Below are positions 36,893-48,689 of a stretch of DNA of 63,248 bases, in pieces. Within the stretch, counting starts at the first letter, position 1; each line of letters starts with the position of its first letter. This DNA is from Octopus bimaculoides (Eukaryota), in the NCBI RefSeq assembly GCF_001194135.2, contig NC_068981.1, forward strand, positions 14,534,877 through 14,598,124, written 5' to 3'. The translations under genes and the position numbers were made by a program. The notes beneath the pieces are model-generated. The model was not told the DNA's origin. It made no database searches and saw only the letters and a list, made by a program, of their open reading frames with translations.

Positions 36893-39800
36893 TTTTGCCG
36901 AAATATTTTTGAAACATATTCAATTATTTATTATGATCGGTCAGAATAACTGTTTTAAAAAAAATCGACAGTTTTAAACACAGTTTCTTTTGAAAGACAT
37001 ACAATATTTGCTATCTATTTATGCTGCACCTGGTAAACTAGTTGAGGGGAAAATAAAAAAAAACAATGAGTGTCTTTCAAATGAATTATTTACAATTGTG
37101 AATAAAAGTGCTTTGTTTTTTGAAAAACAAGCGACGTTACCTTTATATCGTTCGTCAAAACAACAAAGCGAAGTATGTGAGAATATTTATTTACAAAAAA
37201 ATGTGATAATTTTTTCTTATTTTTGACTGTAGTAGAAAAGCAGTAACTTCGATGGAAGCCGATATCATTGAAATTGGTACTTGACTTTTTGTAAGTGATT
37301 TATGGACCTCGGAATGGAGAAAGTCTAAGCTGTGCTTGGTGGAATTTCAGCTTAGCGCATAACATTCCAGATCAAATGTTGCAAAGTATTTTTCAGACTC
37401 TTTCACCACCTTGTCAGCTAACAGTCTTAATTTTACTTATTAAAATAAAAGTTTATTTTAGAGATATGAAGACTTATGACAAATCTCTTATTTAAAAGAT
37501 ATTTCTTTCAATTGAAAGTTTGAATAATTTTGTTCTGGTAATACAAACTGCATGATAGACTTGGTGCTTTTACCTACCAACCTTTTAATATTTCGCGTCA
37601 TAATAGCGACATATAAAATTAGGCATTTCAAATGTCCGATTCGTTTGCATTCTTATTGAAAGACCAAAAACATTTTATATTATAAATAAAAAAATAAAAA
37701 ATATGTTTAAAAATAGAGTATTTAGGTTTTAACTTATGTTTAAAATATTATATAATTACAAAACATTTCTACTTTTGTTTGTTTCACTTTTTTCCCGTAA
37801 GTTAATATGCTCATCACGCTATGAATATCTTTTTTGTTCTGACTAAGCCTAATAAAATTAGACATACAATAACTTGCCTTTGAATTATAAATATATATCC
37901 TCTAATGCATACTAATTTATCGTAAACTATTTCAAACTTTGGGGTTCTGTGTATTCGGTTTGCCAATCATTACCATTCGGTTTACTAATCTCCATATACA
38001 CATTCTGTCTACTTCTCCTTTCTTTCTTCTTCGATTCGAAACATATAAAATACATCGTATGATTGGTATGGTAAGTGTTGCGGAGCTCAGTTACCTATTT
38101 GTCTGAAGACAGACATCGTCGAATGTGATATTGAGACAAAGGAATGTGTGTAAGTGAGAGGAAAGATTATGCCCCAGTACTGCACTGGAAATGTATTTAA
38201 TAACGACGAATCAATTAATACCAAATTTGAACTGAAACAACAGTGACGATTCTAATCTGCGATAAAAATAGGCTGTACCTGTCCTTAAGAAAGAGTGGGA
38301 GAGGTGTGATCAGTTGCCAGGACTATATTAAAGCAGAGGAAAACACCCTAGGGTGGTATATAAAAATGTCATATTAATTTGAGCAATATTCGACAGCTTG
38401 CTTATCTTTGTCGAGTTCAAAATGAAAAGTGATACATAGAAATTCAAAATTATAGAAATTCAAATTCAAAACTTTGAACGAGGGCAACCTGCGTTCCACA
38501 TTGACAGAATGAGATCATCCGTCTTCAGCTTTCCAGTTTACAACTGGCGAAAAGAAAAAGAAAGTAAAGGGGGAAAATGAAAGGAAAAAGAAGAGTATTT
38601 AATGAAACAGTTTCGTGTAAACTTGATGAAATTTCCCTTTCATTTTGTTCATTCCTAGAGGGCGTGAAGTTAATAACTCACAAATATATTTCTCCTCATG
38701 CATTTTGAGGACTGAATGTGTAGAAGATTCGAAATATTTTCTGAGAATACGCACTTTCAAGTCTTTTTTAAACTTGCAGGCATTTGCAAAAATTAAATAT
38801 ATAAATTGGTAGATAAATAAATTTAAAAAATCCGTTGTATATTTAAAGTGATTCGTGTAGGAAGAATTAAAATTCATACATTAGTTTAAAGTTTTGGAAA
38901 GAATAATATAGTTTCAAATTACCAAATATGAACACGTATTTAAAAATATTTATGGTTACGTTTTACAATTACTTGTTTTATTAAAATTTCTTGACGCGTT
39001 TAGGAACATTACGTTTGCCTTCATATTCATTGTAATATTTGCATCAACTCATTTATGTAATCATCTCATCCTGGACTCACTCGGTGCATATATTTCAGTT
39101 TCATTTGAGGGTATTTCAGTAATATGAGAAGCGCATATTATTTAATACGGCAATACCCTACAGAGATTTTGCTTCCTGATTACGTCCAAGATCAGTAAAT
39201 ATAGTAGAGAAAATGTTAAATGAATGATATTCCTCAGAGAATGAATAGAAATTTTAATGCAGAATGAATACTAGTAGAAGAATTTTAGGAGATGACTAGA
39301 AAGGGAAATACTTTAATTACAGTATTATCGAATTTCGATATTTCTCATCGTTTGAGAAGGTTGACATTTCGTGAATGGGAAGAAAGCATTAACATGAAAC
39401 AGCTCGTAATTCAGCGCATATGAAATGATCTACACATTTTCCCCGTGGCTTAATAAATGTAATATCTGCAAAAACATATTCAGACGTATTAATATTTTTC
39501 ACTTAATTGCTATAATTTAAAAAAGTAGAATTACTAGTAATTCATCCAGCTTTAATTAGACCTGGTTAATTGTACAATACTGGTTATCTAAATATTGTAC
39601 TTCAGTCATTGGGTTCGAGCTGATATTCAAGAAACACAAGCTATTCAGCTTTCACTTCAGTATTACCATCCATCGAAACAAATGTACAGTTCTGCTGCTA
39701 GAAGTTTTATAAATTATAGTAAGCCATAGTATTTTATAATTCTAGGAATAACAATGAAGTCCAATGAATCCAAGGAAAGCGTTTTTGTTACTTAAAAACG

Positions 39801-41399
39801 TAGTATATTTGCGATGGTATAGTATAGAGCATTAGAGAATTGGCTTAGTATCCAACGCATACATTGTATCTGTACAATCGATGCCTAACTTTTAAAATAA
39901 GAGAACATTAAGATCAAGTTATATTCTTAAATATATTTAGCATTTGAAACACTGGATACTTAAATATTATATAATCATCGTAGCAAATAATTGTATTTAA
40001 TTCATGCCTGACATATAGCCATGAGTAATTAAATCATGCTGGTCATATAATTAATAATATTTAATTCCTGTTCGTAATATAATTGCTAGTAGTTAATGTG
40101 TTCCCATCATATAATTGATAACAGTTAATTCACACCTCTGTTGTAATGTAATACTAGCTAATTCCTTTCCACAATTTTGCCTTCTTTGATGAAGTTATAT
40201 AGGTATTATTCTATCATTCATGGAGCCTAATCTAAAATATTGAAATTGTATTCACTTATTTAATGCTGAAAGAATGGAAGAATATGACGAAGAGTTAAGA
40301 AAGGAAATTCAACCCTGATTCAAATCAGGTATCATATTTCCTTTAGCCATGCATTTTCATCTCCAACATTTCATCTCATAGATTTCACTCCTATGAAAAC
40401 TTCGTCGAACGATCTCTACATATAACAACAATATATTGCATTTGTACAACTTCTGTTTACGTAAATTAATGAAAAATACCAGAATAAATCAATAAAATTA
40501 AACCCAGAATCATAACCGCTCTAGGGACATTACATCTTTTAAAAATAGTAGTCAAAATCATAATAGCTTTCAGATCTCGTCTTAACGTCTTGGAAAATTA
40601 TAACACTTGTTCTCATTTCTTAGACTTTATTAACAATGTAACAAACGTGCTTGTTGTAAAGCGAAAGAGAGCTCAAAATGAGACTTGTTTATAACAGTAT
40701 AGAAAAACATGGATGCTACTTACTACAAACGAATAAAAGGTTATAGTTCAAACACGTTGGCTAATATACGCCTAGATCTAAACCATGTGTTCATTATAGA
40801 ACGAGCATTATTAACTATGGCTCTGCTTAATGTAGATCTGGTTTTATGCTCTATGTAGGCACTGAAACCTAAACAATAACAAAAACTATAACACAAGAAA
40901 TCCAGGAAATCTAGTTGTATTACATTTTTACAAATATTCCATTCATAAATTTGCAAAACAGAATTCAAAATATGTTCTATGACTTTTATGCACTAACACT
41001 AACAATTCTGTTACGTAACATCTAGATTTTTATTCGCAAAAATGTTGGTTATTTTTAATGTGGTCAATTCATAACTGTGACAACGTTCGTCGTAAATTCA
41101 GCAACAGAAGTATACTTTTCTTTCCTGCTAACAGTTTAAAATATTAATAGCAAAACAGTACCAATCAAAAAAACTAGTGAAGATGTGCCTTGATAAATAA
41201 TCATGCACCGAATTCAAATTTGGTATCAATGTTTTACAGGAAGAAGAGTTTAGAAATAATACATTTCTAAATCTTCCAGAGAGATTTATTCAGTAGTGAT
41301 ACGATGAAGTAGTTGTATGCTTTCAGCTTAATGTGACAGTCCGCTGAAGGGAATAATACTACTGTTGGTTAGACCTAAGAAGCGGTTTGATTCGCAATC

Positions 41400-41910
41400 T
41401 TGACCGACTAAAAATATGGATATTATTCCACCACACTGGTTTTGGTTTACCATTTGGTCGCTTGGCAATTGGTTCGTCTTAAAGAAACCGTTTTGCAATA
41501 TTTTCCTTCGAATTTTTAATCACTTGTCATGCGATATTGAAATCAGATGTCCGAAGTTGTGACGTCACAATGGCAAGAAACAGCTGTACGACCTGGACAG
41601 TTTCTTCTCGTCTCCGAACTACAGCCCCAGATAACTTTCAGATATCCTTTGGAGTAATATAATTTCGGCCTCTTGTATGCAAGAATATACGCCCACTGTC
41701 ATTGCATAACATTCGCGACCAGGGGTGAGGATAAGCTCGTAAACAAAATTGAAGATGGCGAATTTGGATTTTTGCCAACGTCACCTCTTTTGCGGATCGA
41801 ATTCTGGAGCTGGTGCATTACTGTGCCAGCATTTGCAATTCTAGCATCCAATTCAGCCTCTTGCTTTCCGTATACAAAGGGCGAGTTTCCACATCGTTTT
41901 TGTTTTCTTA
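41400..41910 (-). mobile_element. RTE-clade LINE fragment (RT C-terminus)
   Basis: Peptide EAELDARIANAGTVMHQLQNSIRKRGD matches RTE ExEIDxRIxxAxxVMxxL. Confidence 0.7.
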
Positions 41911-43525
41911 TTAACCAAACTACTCCAACATTTATCAATACAGCAATGTGGTAGATGAGATAGTTCGCATAATGTATAGTTGACATACATTCCGAAACTA
42001 GGTTTGAAATCCCTTATATCATAGAATGAGTTGGTTTGAATAGAATTTGTCAGATACCATGTGATAAACAAATACTATGTTATTTCTGATATCCTAAAAC
42101 CACATGACATTAGTCTGATTCGTGCAATATTGACCAAACTTTCGCATTTCGTTTCCATATTATTGTGTTCTTTGTTACATATAGAAATACGTTTTTATTT
42201 ATTTATTATTTTTTTTTTTGAGAGAAATATTCTAGTAATTAATATTATGATATATTCAAATAATTACAATTTTGAAAATACGATTCATATTTTTCTTATA
42301 TGTCGTCAAGCTGCAGGCATTAAACCATTATTTTACTAATTTTGAGCTTCCGATTTGTTCGCCATCTGGCTATCTGTCTTATTGACGGAATATTTTCAGT
42401 ATATTCCGTGAGGAACGTATGATGTCTAATATGGATTTCATTACGACATATTCCTTGCAGATAAAATATGATTCGATAATCTAAATATTCATTACTTTAG
42501 TTGCTATAAATAAAAGAGCGTTTTCGTTGTTGACAGAAATCAAATTACATTTGATTTCTATAATACATTCAAGTAATCAGGACGAATATGTGACCCTGGA
42601 AGGATGCATTTATTTCATGTATTAATACGTTTGCGCCTTCCAGCCGGGAACACATATTTCCTATACATTTCAGAAAATTTAGTGACGTTATTGTATCATG
42701 AACTCAATGTATTGCCATCCATATTAACTTCAGTTGTTTAGAATGTCGTTTCATATTTGTTAATATCAACACATTTGTGACATATCGTATGAATAATGTG
42801 TTATATTTGATTGATACTCAAGAAAACGCTTCAAAAACGCTGCAGAGAATGTTGTAGAGGACTCTCGTAAAATATACACTTTCATTTAGCATTGAAGATC
42901 CTTTATTGCATTTTGCAGCGGTTTTGAATATTGAGAAGGCGTAAATCTGATTATTTATGCACGATGAATTAGGAGATCCCTTAATGTAACTGAATAAAAT
43001 ATATATGATATTCAGGTGAGCGAGATATTTATCATACATAAATACAAACATTGTTGAAATTAGGATTTGCTAAAAGAGAATTGGTTTAGAAGCGTTTAGG
43101 GGAACATAGAAAAATATATGTAGCATAAGAGATAATAAGTTGGATACGTTTTCCATATAAACATTGAGTATTATATGAAATTGAAAATGAATAGAACTCA
43201 ATTAAATATACAATTATTATAAAAATTTGAGTAAGCATAATATGCTTCAAATGTAACGATATAAATTTCAGTTGCGTTTCAGTACGGTCAAACTCTGAAA
43301 CATAGTTTGTATTTTATGAGCTTATTTGCAATAAATTTGTGTACATTGAGGTTCACCTGCACCTTAGTTCAGATCGGATAATCATAGGTTACTATGCATA
43401 GATAAACATGATTATCCTCACAGACTGGTGTATGAAGAGCAGGCTAAAACGGCTTTCAAAAATAATTCCATTTTTAAAGTTATGAACCGTGATTATTAGC
43501 GACATTTCAAGGCTACATTTTTGAG

Positions 43526-43969
43526 ATGCAACATTGGATAATGAACATGTTCTGTACCGTAGTTGAAACACACAATAGAAATGATAACAACACCGATAGC
43601 AGCTCCAGCAACAGCAGCGGCAACAACAACATCTCCAGGTCCAGGACCAATCGGAAATGTGCCAGTAATGTGAGCACAACTAACACCCAAGCCTGGAAAT
43701 ATATCGTGTCAGCCGGGAAGGCCTTCAATCGGTACCTGTGCAACAGATCCTCTTTCAAGATTGCCGGAAGACGAATTGTCATATCTCTGGCCAGCCACGT
43801 ATGGCGCTCCAAAATTGAAGGGATCTCATACTATAAAAAGTTGAAGATTTCAGAGGGACCAGGATACTATATTAACGGGAGCGAACGCTGCAATATTTTT
43901 ATAGCTGAGCAACCAGGTTACTCAGACACCCTGAAACCTGGATCACTGTACACACGCCAGGGAATTTAG
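43526..43969 (+). CDS. Unidentified 147-codon ORF in unique, relatively GC-rich sequence
   Basis: Among the longest gap-free, non-microsatellite ORFs outside recognised TEs; S/N-rich N-terminus; no recognised domain; coding strand and frame uncertain. Confidence 0.2.
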   Translation: MQHWIMNMFCTVVETHNRNDNNTDSSSSNSSGNNNISRSRTNRKCASNVSTTNTQAWKYIVSAGKAFNRYLCNRSSFKIAGRRIVISLASHVWRSKIEGISYYKKLKISEGPGYYINGSERCNIFIAEQPGYSDTLKPGSLYTRQGI

Positions 43970-44494
43970 AATCCTTTCTGTAAAGACGAGCACATCTTCC
44001 TCACTTTATTAAATGTGTCTGAAATGCTAGAATCACACCATCAGCATATGACTTAAATCGAAAATAGAATGTGAATCTGGTAGCTTTTAGAGCATCCTAC
44101 GTCAACTGAGGAGGCTCTTTTGCACTGTGCGTTGCATCTGATGCCATTACAACGTCCCACACCAACTAGAGAGCAGTGCAGAACGAAGCCGAATCCGTTG
44201 TTTTACTAATAAATTATTTTAGTTACATTCTGTCTTCCGTATTGAACATCTCTATATATAAAATCCTTTTTCTCTCTGTTCCCAAAGCATTCTCAAGCGG
44301 CTCAACCAAATCAAATCAAATTTTACATGATAATACTATCAGACCCCGTGAGTGTCAACATGTAATTTTTGGCATTAAAACTATGGAACATTGGCACTTA
44401 TTCCGTATTACGTCCCAAAACACAAAGAATAAAAGAAGAAAGAATAACATCTATATAGTAATGTGATATATATTGTGTCACTTTATAATTTTAG

Positions 44495-44785
44495 CCACGA
44501 AGACGACAACGATGGTGTTACATTTTTATATGACTGTGTACCTATCTGTGAATGTATGTGCGTTAGTGTATGAGTGTGTATATGTTTGACAGTGTATGAG
44601 ACTTACCATGTTAGGTGCGTTATTAAACATACTATAACTATGTGAGGGCTGGTTAACCACGACGACGATGTCACATGTTTTATATGACTGTGTATTTGTC
44701 TGTGAATGTATGTGTGTGAATGTATGAGTGTGTATGTGTGTCACAGTGTGTGTCTTTCTGCGTTAGGTACGTTATCAAATAATGG
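44495..44785. repeat. Diverged tandem duplication, period about 155 bp
   Basis: CCACGA.GACGA...TTTTATATGACTGTGTA...TGTGAATGTATGTG...GTTAGGT.CGTTAT occurs twice. Confidence 0.75.
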
Positions 44786-44939
44786 AAACATCTGGCATCA
44801 TAGCATCATAATTTTGAAAGATCTATAAAACCGTCAAAAGCTTATTTTAATGTTTTTTTTATTTTTATTTATTACTAGTGTTGCTTAATAAGTTTTGCTA
44901 AAGTTGCTGTTTCCTTTCAGATACCATCTTAAAAAGGTA

Positions 44940-45850
44940 ATTAAAATTTGGACTTTCAAAGAGGTCAAATTGTTGGTGCTCGTATGGCAGGCGCTAGCGT
45001 AACGAAAACAGCCGAAATGTTTGGTGTATCAAGAAATACTGTCTCGAAAGTAATGATAGCCTTGCCTTAGAGAAAGATGAAGAAACATCCTCGTCGAAAC
45101 GAAACTCCGGAAGAAAACCGAAACTTTCAGATAGGGACCGGAGGACTCTTGCGCGAATTGTTAGAAAGGATCGCAAAAGTACAGCTCCCAAAATTACTGC
45201 AGAGCTTAATGACCACCTCGAGAACACAACTTATACAAAAATTGTTCGCGGAAGCTGCACAAAGCAACTACTTTCAAAAACAAATGCTGCAATGCATTTA
45301 GAGTGGAGTAAAAACCTACACAACTGGTCCCAAGGGCTGTGGAAGAATGGAATTTTCTCGGACGAGTCATTCTTTATCTTATGTTCGAGCACCGGCCTAG
45401 TATGCCTATGAAGACAGCCAAAAGAAGCATTCAACCCAGACTGCCTTCTTCCAAATCTTAATCATGGAGGAGTATCTGTAATGATCTTGCAGGGGGGGGG
45501 GGGGCTATATCTTGGACATCTGCCATCTCAGTGGTTTCCCTTCATGGCAGAATTAATAGCCAAAACAATCTAAGCATTTTAGCTGATCAAATTCATCCTA
45601 TGGTTGTGGAACTGTTTACGGAGGGAAACGCAATCTTTCAGGATGATAATGCACCAATTAAGACAGCTAAAATTGTTACAGAATGGCACGAGGAACATTC
45701 TAGTGGATTCTCACCTGACTACCACAGCCCCCAGATCTCAATATTATTGAACATTTGTGGTGCATTTTAGAAAAACAAACACGGAGTCGTTATCCTCCAC
45801 CATCATCACTACAAGAATTGGAGACTGTTTTAGCTGAAGAATTGACAAGT
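44940..45850 (+). mobile_element. Tc1-like (DD34E) transposase relic
   Basis: [47 protein letters not shown] and PDLNIIEHLW with frameshifts; TIRs not found. Confidence 0.92.
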
Positions 45851-46680
45851 GAGTGTGTGAGTTTCCGCGTTACGTACGGTATTAAACATACACATCTACA
45901 CATACATATACATATGTGAAGACTCACATGCCTGAATGTATGTATTTGAGTTCTAGAGGTGAAACGCTTTATAAAAAGAAAACAATGAGGTGGTAAGATC
46001 GAAGGTATATATAAAAATAGATATTTAGTGTTTCATTACCAGTTAATGCCTATCGCGGCAGTTAAAAGATTGCAAGATATTTACAATTACATATTTACGT
46101 TTACATTAAGAATTTTATCGTGTATATATATAGATAATTCTTGGTTTCTCAGTAATAATTATTGTGGCATTTACCATTAAATTAGTAGTTTCATACATGT
46201 GCTTCTAATTCATTCATTTGCTTATATTTCGTTAACTTACACTGTATACAAAAATACAGACATACTATAAACATAACACGCAGTATGCTATAATGCCTTA
46301 TTTTTGTTCATATTGTCATGTGACTGCATAGGGTTTATGTTTCTTTATCTACAACCACACCAGCAATGCAGTGTCAACCCTTCGCCTTCGGTAACATTTC
46401 AACTGTTCACTTTCACGTTGCCGTCTCCCATTGCAGCCCGTTTCCGGAATGTCCCCATTTACGTAGAATATCTCCATTACACCTCCATTTAATTGACTGT
46501 CAACCATACAATGGGTCGTGTTGGATGCAGGGCTGACCGCCTCAAAACAAATATATCGACTGACAGTTTTTCGGTGGGCTCAAAAATTACATACCCCGAC
46601 TCCCAATTTTCCATGATAAGTTAAGGCATTGAATCCTCCAAATGAACGTATTGCATTTTGCTTCGTCGAATCTCTGCTAG

Positions 46681-46753
<73 letters not shown>

Positions 46754-46839
46754 NNNNNNNNNNNNNNNNNNNNNNNNNNNNNNNNNNNNNNNNNNNNNNN
46801 NNNNNNNNNNNNNNNNNNNNNNNNNNNNNNNNNNNNNNN

Positions 46840-46879
<40 letters not shown>

Positions 46880-48399
46880 TGTGGTAAAATAATGTAGATA
46901 AACCCACAAGGGAGGGGTTTTTTTTTCTTTATGACGCTCATTTTCATACCAAATATAAATTCTTCCCATCTCTCTTTCTATGAATTTCTACTTTGTCAAT
47001 TTAGATCAATATTCTCTCGCGTATTGTTTATAATTCTAACTCTTTACTCTACTTAAAAACACATTTTTATGTTTACATCATTAAGAAATTTGGAAACAGA
47101 CAGACATCTCTGAATTTCAACAAAATTGTCCAGAAGCATTATCTATGTTATTTGACAAAATTAAATTTATGTGCACTTTATGCATTCAGGTAGACGAAAC
47201 AAAACAACATTCTTTTCTCTGTTGTAGATTTCCAAAGAGACACGTGTGTATTATTCTTACAAGTAATGTAATATCCAGTGCTTATTGAATATAATTTTCC
47301 ATAACACATGTTAAATATATTTTGTACTTAGAAAGGAGTGCTCTGGAAATCTAATGAACTTACAATATTTAAGAAAATAACGCAGAACTGTAGATTACAA
47401 TAACATTAAACTGAGGTTTATTAAGTTAAAATAGATGATGCTTTAAGAAAGTGTAAAAATAAATTATAACACAGCTGCAATACAGAAAATTGAAGGCAAT
47501 TTCAGTTAGTGTGAAAATCAGCGATTAATCAATTTTCTTGTTCTCAGAGGATAATTTACATGCATAGATTATAGAACCAGTAACCATGTGGTTTCCTTTT
47601 CAATAAAATTGAGCGTACTTTGGGTATGTGACTTCCACTATAACTTCGATACAATCATTGACTCGAGGAAATTCGGTAGACTTAGAAATGTGTAGAAGCC
47701 CGAGGTTTTACACGGGGTGTTTGGGTTAAATTTGACGATTTCTTATGTCACCTTTTTCTGGAACATATTGATGTTCTGATGAACGGACAACATAGAAATT
47801 AAAGTTGTAGTAGAGGAAAAGTTAGTTGAATGGAAGACAGGAATCCATCTGAATATTGGAAAAAGATTTACTTGTATCATGATTTGGGCTTACCATATTT
47901 GAACAGGGACTTAGGTTCAAATCAGACGGCTATTTTAAGCTATTAGAGACTGTGTAGAATGCATTATGACGCATGCGCTTCTGCGTTCTCTTGCATCGTC
48001 AGCTGAAAGCTACAAATATGCTATTCACAGTGCGATAAATATGATTTGTTCTATTAGAACGGCAAACTATACATATTGTTAAGAGAGTAAATCTTGGCTC
48101 AGCTAGAATGAAATAAACAGAGTCCTGAGAAGCAGCGTGAAACAGACAAAAGAATATTCGTGTAAAACCTTATCTAGTACGTTTGAGTTACACTCTGTTA
48201 TCTAGAAAGGCGTTTAGTAGCGAGCTGCGAAAGGCAGATTTGGCTGTCGGAGCTGACACGTAACAACACAAAAGCTCTCGCGTTTTGCGATCTGAAAACA
48301 CCATTCATAGCATTCACGCATGTTGTCGAGGGAAATAATTTCTTGCCAGTAAAAATTGTGCGTGGCTTCGTGTGCATATGTACGTATTTATATTTGAAC

Positions 48400-48634
48400 G
48401 TACGTTATTAACATTTGACGGATATTTGTTCTCATATTGTCTTTTGTTAACACAAAGTTTCGGCCGATATACCCTCCAGCCATCGTCAGATATCTTGGGA
48501 AAATTTTAAGCCTGGGTTCTCATTCCAAAGTATTTTTCGATGTTGTTGTTATTATTATTATTATTCAGACCACTGCCTGCAATCGAACTCGGAATCTTGA
48601 GGTTAGTAGCGAGTGTTCTTAACAACTACGCCAT
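48400..48634 (-). mobile_element. Composite SINE-like element: tRNA-like head, (AAT)n/(AAC)n linker and hammerhead-bearing tail
   Basis: A box TGGCGTAGTTGTTAAG and B box GAGTTCGATTGC, then AATAATAATAATAATAACAACAAC, then the hammerhead motif. Confidence 0.7.
48449..48494 (-). ncRNA. Minimal type I hammerhead motif (predicted; this copy probably inactive)
   Basis: GATAT-CTGACGA-T-GGCTGG agggtata TCGGCC-GAAAC-TTT-GTGTT; canonical core and 6-bp stem II; stem I pairs with G-U wobbles; stem III reads ACTT rather than palindromic ACGT. Confidence 0.65.
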
Positions 48635-48689
48635 ATTCACCATTTTGTAAGTAAGACTGTACCTTTTATATATATANNNNNNNNNNGGC

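Noticed and set aside
37200-37430. YFATFDLEC resembling a Polinton polymerase exonuclease motif
   Set aside because: A single short motif with an in-frame stop and no other Polinton genes nearby.
43513-43812. Leu-rich transmembrane-looking minus ORF
   Set aside because: The poly-Leu is the antisense reading of a CAG/CAA-rich tract.
43496-43996. Minus frame whose five internal stops are all TGA (selenoprotein, NUMT or code-4 insert)
   Set aside because: It is codon-aligned antisense to the plus ORF, where each TGA is a TCA Ser codon. The Trp-substituted peptide resembles no mitochondrial or bacterial protein I know.
47967-47978. NRF1-like TGACGCATGCGC motif and CpG-richer region to 48400 as a promoter
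   Set aside because: A short motif alone, with no linked transcript or first exon to support it.
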